Assembly: GCA_964582965.1 (NCBI GenBank)
Contig: CAZOUN010000001.1
Coordinates: forward strand, 4,745-68,744
From: an uncultured Anaerolineales bacterium
GTDB taxonomy: Bacteria; Chloroflexota; Anaerolineae; Anaerolineales; UBA11858
Direction: 5' to 3'
DNA: 64,000 nucleotides
The translations under genes and the position numbers were made by a program. Position 1 is the first letter of the stretch, and each line of letters starts with the position of its first letter. Under the pieces are notes generated by a model. The model made no database searches. It was not told where the DNA came from and was given only the letters and a program-made list of their open reading frames with translations. Shown here piece by piece: positions 9,404-17,129 of this stretch.

Positions 9404-9862
9404 ATGGCACAGCGCAATAATATGGGCGTGATTGTCGCAGGCGTTACTGGAATGGTGTTTGGTGGTGTTACAGCCGTAGAAGGTTATGTTTCCCGGTCTG
9501 TTGGCGCAGTGAATGCCAGCTTGATCGAACATGTTTTTGCAGCGATGGTGGCTGTTCCCGCGGTGATTTATTTATTCATGCGGGGCAACTTGACATGGGA
9601 AGGGACCAAATCTATCCTTCCTATATCGGCTGTAGCCGGCGTAATGGTCATTATCGCTGTGGCTGGTGTCGCCTATGCCATACCCAAGACCGGTGTTGCG
9701 GCTGGCAATATGGCCATGATGTTTGGTCAGATGGCAGTTGCGGTAGTGATCGATATGATCGGAGTCGGTGGATATGATAAAGTCCCGCTGACCTTACCGC
9801 GAGTTCTTGGCCTTTTACTGATGATCGTTGGTGTTTACTTAGTGCTGCCACGGCAGTCTTGA
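9404..9862 (+). CDS. DUF606/YdcZ-type small DMT-superfamily membrane protein 1
   Basis: 152 aa, about 5 hydrophobic helices. Its C-terminal pattern AIPKTGVAAGNMAMMFGQMAVAVVIDMIG...LLMIVGVYLV parallels the second copy at 48323. RBS GGAGAAG. Confidence 0.6.
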   Translation: MAQRNNMGVIVAGVTGMVFGGVTAVEGYVSRSVGAVNASLIEHVFAAMVAVPAVIYLFMRGNLTWEGTKSILPISAVAGVMVIIAVAGVAYAIPKTGVAAGNMAMMFGQMAVAVVIDMIGVGGYDKVPLTLPRVLGLLLMIVGVYLVLPRQS

Positions 9863-9877
9863 AAACAAGGATGATAT

Positions 9878-12145
9878 ATGCACGACTATGAAATAGTTGG
9901 AAAGGGAATGGCTGCTATTGGGGGGAAGGACGTTGTCACAGGAAAAGCGGTGTACGCACCGGATATTGAATTTTCGGATATGCTGGTTGGGAAACTGCTG
10001 TACAGCCCCTATGCCTGCGCCCGGATTCTCAAGCTGGATGTTGCAAAGGCCAGAGAGTTACCTGGTGTGGTTGCAGTCATGACAGCAGAGGATATTCCTG
10101 GTGAAAACAGCTACCAATACTGGTACAGTGACCAGCCCTTACTGGTGAAGGATCAAATCCGTTATCGAGGAGACCCGCTTGCAGCCGTAGCAGCGGAAAC
10201 AGAAGAGATTGCCCTGCTTGCCCTGGCTGCTATTGAAGTTGAATATGAACCCCTGGAAGGGATATTTGATGTCGATGAAGCCATGCGGCCGGGCGCGAAG
10301 AAGGTCTGGGCAGAGAAAGAGAATATCCACAGCCATCATGTTGAGAGCTGGGGGGATATCGAAGAGGGTTTTTCAAAAGCGGACGTGATCGTTGAAAACA
10401 CCTTCCAAACCTCATATCAGGAACATGCTATGCTGGAAACTGAATCAGCGGTTGCAAAATTGGATCTAGACGGCTCGGTAGTGGTGTATGCCTCCGCCCA
10501 AGCTCCTCACCGCGACCGGATCCAGATTGCCAGGGCTTTAGGTGTGCCTGAAGCGATGGTGCGTGAGATCACTCCTCATATCGGAGGTGCATTTGGCGGG
10601 AAGGATGAAGCCAATATCCAGATTCATGCCGCATTGCTGGCTAACCAGACCAAACGACCGGTCCGCATTGTTAGGACCCGGGAAGAATCTATCCTGACCC
10701 ATGTCAAACGCCACCCGATCAAGGTGAAATACCGCATGGGCGCAACTAAAGAGGGTAAATTAACTGCAATTCATCTGGTGGGTATCGGGGATACCGGTCC
10801 TTATGTGAATGCCGGTGAAGAAGTCATGATGGTGATGGGCGCGTATGGATTCTCACCCTATTTTGTTCCTCACGCCAAGACTGAAGCATATACGATATTT
10901 ACGAATAATCCGATAGGCGGCGCCTTCCGCGGATTTGGTGTACCGCAGGCAACCCTTGCTTTTGAGGGTTCGATGGATGCGCTGGCCAGAGAACTGGAAA
11001 TGGACCCCCTGGAGATCCGGAAGATCAATGGATTAAAAACAGGTCAGAAATTCCAGCCTAATTCTGTAGTACGGCAGGCAGAAGGGCTGCTGGCTTGCCT
11101 AGATAGAGCTGCTGAATTATCAGACTGGAAGAATAGAGGGGAAAAAGAGCGCCAACCTGCCCCGAATCTGCGCCGCGGTTGGGGATTGGCTTTATCCTTT
11201 CATAAAGTAGGTTTTGGACGTAATATACCGGACCACGCCGCCGCTGGCATCAATATGGCCCCGGATGGCTCGGTTTTGGTTCGGACCGGCGGGGCAGATC
11301 TGGGACAGGGCTTACATACACTGATCGCACAATTTGTTGCTGAACAGTTGGGGGTTCCCTTTGATCAGGTGAAGGTATTTAAACCGGATACCACCCTCGC
11401 TGCAGATGCTGGTGCGTCAGTTGCCAGCCGCGCGACCGTTTTTTCTGGAAACGCAACCCTGCGAGCCGCAGCACCCATTCGTCAAGTTCTAATTGATCTT
11501 GCCGCCGCTGAGGTTGGCGCTGATCCAGAACTGATTGATCTAAAAAAAGGATATGTATATGTAGAAAATGAACAGGTCCAGCTTTCTATCCAGGAACTTG
11601 CATCTATGGCTTATGAGAAGAACCTGCCAATGCAGGCGACCGGTTTTTTCACCATGGATTATCCCGAGGTGAAATTGGATGACGGTTCCACCGGATTTGA
11701 ACAAGTGGTTGGATTTGGAGCTCATGTGGCACAGGTCCTGGTTGATGTGGAAACAGGACAGGTTGAGGTGGAGCGGGTCATCGCTGTGCACGATGCTGGC
11801 ACTATCATCAACCCTAAAGGAGCCCGTGGTCAGGTGGAGGGGGCCGTTTCGATGGCCTGCGGTTATGCCTTGATGGAAGAGTTGATTGTGGACCAGGGAT
11901 TGATCCAGAATCCTTCCTTGGAGAGTTATTTGATCCCCACGGTATGGGACGTGCCAGAGATTATTGCGGACTTCGTCGAGATCGAAGATGCTGCGGGACC
12001 ACTTGGGGCCAAAGGATTGGGTGAACCGCCCATGAATATCACTCCAGCTGCGATCGCCAACGCGGTAACTGACGCCATCGGTGTACCCGCTACCCATCTT
12101 CCTATCACGCCTGAACGAGTCTTGTCGTTATTAGAAACTAAGTAA
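9878..12145 (+). CDS. Molybdenum hydroxylase large (molybdopterin) subunit, xanthine dehydrogenase family, set 1
   Basis: 755 aa with GGAFGGKDE, GGAFRGFGVPQ and GLGEPPM (catalytic Glu region). The form I CO-dehydrogenase VAYRCSFR loop was not seen. Confidence 0.88.
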   Translation: MHDYEIVGKGMAAIGGKDVVTGKAVYAPDIEFSDMLVGKLLYSPYACARILKLDVAKARELPGVVAVMTAEDIPGENSYQYWYSDQPLLVKDQIRYRGDPLAAVAAETEEIALLALAAIEVEYEPLEGIFDVDEAMRPGAKKVWAEKENIHSHHVESWGDIEEGFSKADVIVENTFQTSYQEHAMLETESAVAKLDLDGSVVVYASAQAPHRDRIQIARALGVPEAMVREITPHIGGAFGGKDEANIQIHAALLANQTKRPVRIVRTREESILTHVKRHPIKVKYRMGATKEGKLTAIHLVGIGDTGPYVNAGEEVMMVMGAYGFSPYFVPHAKTEAYTIFTNNPIGGAFRGFGVPQATLAFEGSMDALARELEMDPLEIRKINGLKTGQKFQPNSVVRQAEGLLACLDRAAELSDWKNRGEKERQPAPNLRRGWGLALSFHKVGFGRNIPDHAAAGINMAPDGSVLVRTGGADLGQGLHTLIAQFVAEQLGVPFDQVKVFKPDTTLAADAGASVASRATVFSGNATLRAAAPIRQVLIDLAAAEVGADPELIDLKKGYVYVENEQVQLSIQELASMAYEKNLPMQATGFFTMDYPEVKLDDGSTGFEQVVGFGAHVAQVLVDVETGQVEVERVIAVHDAGTIINPKGARGQVEGAVSMACGYALMEELIVDQGLIQNPSLESYLIPTVWDVPEIIADFVEIEDAAGPLGAKGLGEPPMNITPAAIANAVTDAIGVPATHLPITPERVLSLLETK

Positions 12146-12162
12146 ATTTAACCGGGATATAC

Positions 12163-13392
12163 ATGACAGCCGCTTATCAAAATCGCTTGGATAATCTGAA
12201 TAAAGCCTTTCGCCTGGAACTCAAGGAAAAGGTGCTGCTGGCGCCATTCTCGGATCACTTTTTCTCCACCAGAAGGACGGGACTCTCGAATAAAGACGCC
12301 ATGGTGGATCACAAGAAGCGCTATCAGGCAATCAAACAAACTGTCTTGGATTTTGATTTGGATCTGGCGATGCAGTCCGGAGTCTACCCGGCGCAGTGGT
12401 TCTCAGCACTGGATGCTAAACATTATTATTGGCCAGGCGGTGAGCTGCCTGAGGATAAAACCTTCCAATTCAATGAAAAAGAGAACTTGATGGCGGATGA
12501 ATATGACCAATTCCTTGCTGATCCGACAGATTTCACGATCAGGGTGCTCTGGCCGCGTATGACGGGTAAACTGGAACCTATGGCAGCGTTTCCGCCCATA
12601 TTTTCGCTGGGACCGGACCCCATTTTCCTGGGGCCGGCTTTTTCGTATCCTGAGAACCTGGAAGTATTACGGGCGTTGATCAAACTGGGTGAAGCTGCGG
12701 CAGAGTCGGATCAGGCTGGAGCGGAATATGTAGCAGACATGAAAGAGCTTGGTTATCCGGTATCCTATCAGGCTAATTTCACACCCCCCTTTGATATCGT
12801 TGCAGATTTTCTGAGAGGATTAAAGGGAACCATGTTGGATCTGTACAGGCAGCCGGAAAAATTACTAGCTGCAGTTGAACTCTACGTGGAACCCCAGATC
12901 GAAGCCGCAATCAGCTGGGCAGAGGCAGTAGGCAATCCACGGATCGTATTTTGGATGCATAAAGGTGCAGCAGGTTTTATGTCAGATGAGCATTATAAGG
13001 ATTATTACTGGCCCAGCACCAGGAAAGTTATGCTCCGCCTGGTTGAAGCGGGGCTGACGCCGATACTTCATGTCCAGGGAGACTACACCCCCAGGCTAGA
13101 ATATCTAGCCGAGCTTCCCCGCGGCAAAGTGCCCATTCATTATGATCGGGTTGATCACCAGAAAGCCCTGGAGATCATGGGTGACCGCCAGTGCTTCTGG
13201 GGAGGGATCTCTTCGGCATTGTTGGTGACTGGAAACCAGGAGCAGGTGAAGGATGAAGTAATTAAGTTGATAGAATCATTTGGACCACTAGGCGGTTTGA
13301 TTGTGGATGGAAGCGTAGGCATCCCTGACGAAGCCAAGCCCGAGAACATTCAAGCCCTGGTGGACACAGTCCGGTCATACAACGCAGGCTAA
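12163..13392 (+). CDS. URO-D (uroporphyrinogen decarboxylase / MtaA-MtbA-CmuA) family methyltransferase-like protein
   Basis: 409 aa. C-terminal GGLIVDGSVGIPDEAKPENIQALVDTV and LHVQGDYTPRLEYLAELP resemble the URO-D family pattern. The H-x-C zinc motif position of MtaA-type enzymes reads H-V-Q here. The family call is from memory of motifs only. Confidence 0.55.
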   Translation: MTAAYQNRLDNLNKAFRLELKEKVLLAPFSDHFFSTRRTGLSNKDAMVDHKKRYQAIKQTVLDFDLDLAMQSGVYPAQWFSALDAKHYYWPGGELPEDKTFQFNEKENLMADEYDQFLADPTDFTIRVLWPRMTGKLEPMAAFPPIFSLGPDPIFLGPAFSYPENLEVLRALIKLGEAAAESDQAGAEYVADMKELGYPVSYQANFTPPFDIVADFLRGLKGTMLDLYRQPEKLLAAVELYVEPQIEAAISWAEAVGNPRIVFWMHKGAAGFMSDEHYKDYYWPSTRKVMLRLVEAGLTPILHVQGDYTPRLEYLAELPRGKVPIHYDRVDHQKALEIMGDRQCFWGGISSALLVTGNQEQVKDEVIKLIESFGPLGGLIVDGSVGIPDEAKPENIQALVDTVRSYNAG

Positions 13393-13404
13393 GGATAATT
13401 AAAT

Positions 13405-14808
13405 ATGGAGAAGAAACAACGCTGCGATTTATTATTGACCAGAGGAATTGTCATCACAGTAGATGAGGGCAGGCAAGTTTTTGATCCTGGAACGGTGGCG
13501 ATCCAGGGAGATAAGATACTGGCTGTCGGTCCTGCCAGCGAGATGGATCATTTTCAAGCTGATCGCGTGATCGATTGTAAGGGGAAGATGATCACTCCCG
13601 GTTTTGTCGATTGCCACAACCACCTCTTTGAGTCGCTGCTGCGCGGTGTAGGAGAAGGGATGGAGTTATATCCCTGGCTGGCTGAACTGTTGGAACCTTT
13701 CAGCGACAGGGTCACACGGGAGGAAGCTGTCTCGGCGGTATTAAACTGCTCCCTTGAAGCCATTCGAAATGGGACGACATGTATTATAGATAATCATTAT
13801 GGGCCAACCGACCTCGATACGACCCTTGCTGTTGCTGATGCGATCCAGCAGACCGGGTTGCGAGGTGCTGTTGCCCGTGGGATGTATGGGCCCGCTACAG
13901 ATATCTCTGGAGAACATGGATACCAGTTGGAGCGCACCTTTATGTACAGCGTCCAGGAGGAGATAGATATTTCCCGGGATGCCATGAAAGCCCGGCCAGC
14001 TGGCAGTAAAGTCACTGTTTGGCCTGCTCCGGAAAATGTTTCTTATAATCCACATGAACTCGTGATCGGAGCTGTTGAGCTGGCCCGTGAATTTGGAACC
14101 CGGTGGCATACTCATATGGCAGAGGGGGAAATAGAAGACGGCCTTTACAGAAAAGAAAATGGCGTCGGGATGGTTGAGAAGCTTAATCAAGATGATCTAT
14201 TAAGAGATGGAACCTTTGCTCATGCGATCTGGTTGAGCGATCAGGATATTAAAATATTGGGTGAAGCAGAGGCTGGTATCGCCCACTGCCCCGTGAGCAA
14301 TCAGTATTTGGCCACCGGGATCATGAGATTGCGCGACCTCCAGGCTGCCGGCTCAGTAGTAGGCTTGGGTAGTGATGGTTCTTGCTGCGGCAACCAGGAC
14401 TTGATCCTGGCGATGCGGTCCGCAGTACTCCTGCAGCGCGTGAATACCCTGGACCCCACGGTGGCAACAGCCGAACGGGTTTTTGAAATGGCAACTGTAA
14501 ATGGCGCACGTTATGCGGGAATTGATGCTGGTCAAATAGAACCAGGGAAGCTGGCAGATATCATTGTAATAGGCATGGAAGGATCAAGTACTAAACCATT
14601 TAACCGGGCTCTGGGATCGCTGGTTTATAACGGTTCCGGCGCGGATGTTGAGATGACTATTGTAGGAGGTGAAATAATCTTCGAAAACGGAACAATTATT
14701 AATGTTGACGAGATTTCCATCAAAGATGAAGTTCAAAGAAGAGCAGATGAGCTATTCGAACGACTTGGATTGGAAAACTATCGGACGCATTGGATAAAGC
14801 AACCTTAA
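13405..14808 (+). CDS. Amidohydrolase, MtaD/AtzA/guanine-deaminase-like subfamily (copy 1)
   Basis: 467 aa with PGFVDCHNH (HxH), HTHMAEGE, FAHAIWLS and GLGSDGSCCGNQD. These metal and catalytic positions are typical of this subfamily. Confidence 0.8.
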   Translation: MEKKQRCDLLLTRGIVITVDEGRQVFDPGTVAIQGDKILAVGPASEMDHFQADRVIDCKGKMITPGFVDCHNHLFESLLRGVGEGMELYPWLAELLEPFSDRVTREEAVSAVLNCSLEAIRNGTTCIIDNHYGPTDLDTTLAVADAIQQTGLRGAVARGMYGPATDISGEHGYQLERTFMYSVQEEIDISRDAMKARPAGSKVTVWPAPENVSYNPHELVIGAVELAREFGTRWHTHMAEGEIEDGLYRKENGVGMVEKLNQDDLLRDGTFAHAIWLSDQDIKILGEAEAGIAHCPVSNQYLATGIMRLRDLQAAGSVVGLGSDGSCCGNQDLILAMRSAVLLQRVNTLDPTVATAERVFEMATVNGARYAGIDAGQIEPGKLADIIVIGMEGSSTKPFNRALGSLVYNGSGADVEMTIVGGEIIFENGTIINVDEISIKDEVQRRADELFERLGLENYRTHWIKQP

Positions 14809-14812
14809 GGGC

Positions 14813-14831
14813 ATCCCTGTAATTCAGGGAT
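14813..14831 (+). promoter_or_regulatory. Short stem-loop after the amidohydrolase stop codon
   Basis: ATCCCTG (14813-14819) / CAGGGAT (14825-14831) form a 7-bp stem with a 5-nt loop. No T-run follows. Confidence 0.25.
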
Positions 14832-14903
14832 AGCTTAAGTCTAAAACAAAAAATCCGTGCTGATGAAATTGTCCAGAATATTTAGAAAATGGAGAGTTTA
14901 CAG

Positions 14904-15605
14904 ATGACGGAAGATAAATTTATCAAAGATCTTCGAGATGTGATTGCAAATGGCGATGAAGATCAGGCCGCTCCTGCGGCCCAAGCAGCCATTGATGCCG
15001 GCGTGAATCCAGGAACCTTGATTAAGGAAGCTATTAACGGTCCCATGGATGAGGTTGGAAAATCATTCCAGAATGGGGATATATTCCTGCCTGAATTAAT
15101 TATGATCGGAGATGCAGCAAGGGTAGCATCTGATGTGATTCTGCCCTATATATCCGTCGAAGAACAGGATGCTTCCTCGGGTGGAAAAGTGGTCATCGGT
15201 ACTATTCAGGGCGATATGCATGATATTGGCAAGAGTATTGTCTCGGCTTACTTGATGTCGACCGGATTTAAAGTAAAAGATTTGGGATCCGACGTTACAC
15301 CAAAGGATTTTATACGGGCAGCGGTAGATGAAAAAGCAGACGTGATCGCGATATCTACTTTGTTATCAACCACCCAGCCCCTCTTCGCCAATATCGTCAA
15401 GACCTTGGTGGATTCTGGACAGCGAGACAAAGTCTACGTTGTTGTAGGGGGTGGCCCCGTGACACCTGAATGGGCAGCAGACATTGGTGCTGATGGTTAT
15501 GGTCGGGATGCTGCGGATGCTGCTGATCTGGTTCGCCAGGTCCTTACATCTGGTGAAAAACCACCCTTCGCCAAACCAATAGTCATCGGTGCTTTGAAAC
15601 AATAA
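14904..15605 (+). CDS. Corrinoid methyl-carrier protein 2
   Basis: GDMHDIGKS (DxHxxG), ISTLLSTT, VVGGGPV. GGAGAG (14890-14895) sits 8 nt before ATG 14904. The upstream in-frame ATG at 14889 is the alternative start. Confidence 0.85.
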   Translation: MTEDKFIKDLRDVIANGDEDQAAPAAQAAIDAGVNPGTLIKEAINGPMDEVGKSFQNGDIFLPELIMIGDAARVASDVILPYISVEEQDASSGGKVVIGTIQGDMHDIGKSIVSAYLMSTGFKVKDLGSDVTPKDFIRAAVDEKADVIAISTLLSTTQPLFANIVKTLVDSGQRDKVYVVVGGGPVTPEWAADIGADGYGRDAADAADLVRQVLTSGEKPPFAKPIVIGALKQ

Positions 15606-15628
15606 AAGAGGAAAAAAGAGGAGCAATT

Positions 15629-17005
15629 ATGAATAAACCTGAGATTATCAATATCCTGGATCGATCCCAGAACGGAGAATATTGTACGGTGAAAGAATGG
15701 GATATCAAACGCATTCCCAAGGCCGTGAAAGAAAAACTTGAAAAATACGATCTGAAAGGCGCCTGTGATCCTGAAAACCCGGTCAATATGGATGCCGAGC
15801 TGGCTGACCGCTTTTTTAAGGCTGGTTATGAAATGGCCCTGGATCTGGGCATGCTCTGCGAAACAACCGATAGAATAATCAAAGTGTCTAAGGAAGAATT
15901 AGATGCTGCTTTGGAAAAAGCCCCGTCTGAATTAACTATTGGGACTGGCGATGATGCCACGGTAATAAAAACCCGAACACCATCTGACCCCTATGAATGT
16001 AAATTTGGGGCCTCCCTGGGCATCACCGTATCAGAAGACGTTTGGCCAGCCTTGACCGAAGGTATTGCCCGACAGGAAGCTGTGGACGTGCTGGAAGGCG
16101 GCTCATTGAAGTCCATTTATGGACTGGATGTCATTCCTGATGCACCCTCAGAGACCCTGGTAGGTTTTGAGCAGGCTAAACTGCACGTGGAGATCCGCAA
16201 AAAAGCCGGACGTCCGGGGATGGGCGGTATAGGTCAGATCTCGGCCGTGACTGAATATGGTCAGTTTGGCGGCTACGGTATCCCCGGAGCATTACCTATT
16301 ACAGATCTGTCATTGATCTTGTTCCCGTCGGAACTGAAGGTCAATTATCAGACTTTGCACAAGGTGGTGCATACCCTGAATGTTGGCGGTATGATCTTTG
16401 CCGGTTCCCCGGCTATGATCGGCGGTATGCCCGGCCCACCCGAGGGTGCTGTGCTTTCCTGTATTGCTTGTGCCTTGCTGCAGTATCCGATTTTGCAGGC
16501 GGACGTGGGTGGAGGTGAGATCTACGATATCCGCTATCTGTCCAACGTCAATCGCGATGGCATCTGGGCTCTGAGTGTGACTCACCAGGCCCTCAGCCGC
16601 AATACCAATCTTTTGACCCACGGCATTGCCAACCAGGTTTCTGGTCCGGGAACCAAGGAACTTCTTTATGAAACCCTGGTCGGTGTTTCAACCATTGCAG
16701 CTTCCGGAGCTGCATTCTCAACAGGTCCGCGATCGGCGGGTGGAAAATTGGATGACTATCTATCCCCGCTGGAATGTGGTTTCTGCGCTGAAGTATCACA
16801 CGCGGCTTCTGGACTTTCACTTGAAAAAGTGAATGAGATCGCAAAGGCAGTACTGCCGAAATTTGAAGATTCCATCAAGGATCCCCACATCGGCAAGATT
16901 GTTCAGGATGTTTACGACCTTGAGAATTTCAAAGCCAAACCGGAATGGCAGCAAATGTACGATGAGGTTAAACAAGAAGCGATTGACTTGGGATTACCTC
17001 TCTAA
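15629..17005 (+). CDS. MtmB-family methyltransferase, non-pyrrolysine, divergent singleton (paralog 5)
   Basis: Its N-terminus is the closest of the set to archaeal MtmB (MDAELADRFFKAGYEMALDLGMLCETTDRIIKVSKEELDAAL). GRPGMGGIG places ATA (Ile201) at 16229-16231 on the Pyl-aligned site. The GGYxGG motif is replaced by IGGMPGPPEG. C-terminal VQDVYDLENFKAKPEWQQMYDEV..LGLPL. Confidence 0.85.
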   Translation: MNKPEIINILDRSQNGEYCTVKEWDIKRIPKAVKEKLEKYDLKGACDPENPVNMDAELADRFFKAGYEMALDLGMLCETTDRIIKVSKEELDAALEKAPSELTIGTGDDATVIKTRTPSDPYECKFGASLGITVSEDVWPALTEGIARQEAVDVLEGGSLKSIYGLDVIPDAPSETLVGFEQAKLHVEIRKKAGRPGMGGIGQISAVTEYGQFGGYGIPGALPITDLSLILFPSELKVNYQTLHKVVHTLNVGGMIFAGSPAMIGGMPGPPEGAVLSCIACALLQYPILQADVGGGEIYDIRYLSNVNRDGIWALSVTHQALSRNTNLLTHGIANQVSGPGTKELLYETLVGVSTIAASGAAFSTGPRSAGGKLDDYLSPLECGFCAEVSHAASGLSLEKVNEIAKAVLPKFEDSIKDPHIGKIVQDVYDLENFKAKPEWQQMYDEVKQEAIDLGLPL

Positions 17006-17025
17006 GGAAAGATTTGAGATAAGAA

Positions 17026-17063
17026 TTAGTAACTCCTGTTTGATAACAAACAGGAGTTACTAA
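17026..17063 (+). terminator. Strong hairpin after paralog 5: possible terminator or processing/stability element
   Basis: Perfect 17-bp inverted repeat (17026-17042 / 17047-17063, core GTAACTCCTGTTTG ATAA CAAACAGGAGTTAC) with a 4-nt loop, starting 21 nt after the stop. No T-run follows, so it is not a canonical intrinsic terminator. Confidence 0.4.
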
Positions 17064-17129
17064 AACGAAGTTAATTGATGGATGCTTTTTCGGCAAATCG
17101 GAGTCTGACTAAGCTAGGAGGGGTAGTTT

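Noticed and set aside
9878-12145. Calling the Mo-hydroxylase sets aerobic CO dehydrogenase (CoxLMS)
   Set aside because: The position of the CODH active-site loop (VAYRCSFR in form I, AYRGAGR in form II, as I recall) reads GGAFRGFGVPQ / GGAMRGFGGPQ. The XDH-type GGKDE and GEPP motifs are present. These are therefore XDH/aldehyde-oxidoreductase-type hydroxylases of unknown substrate.
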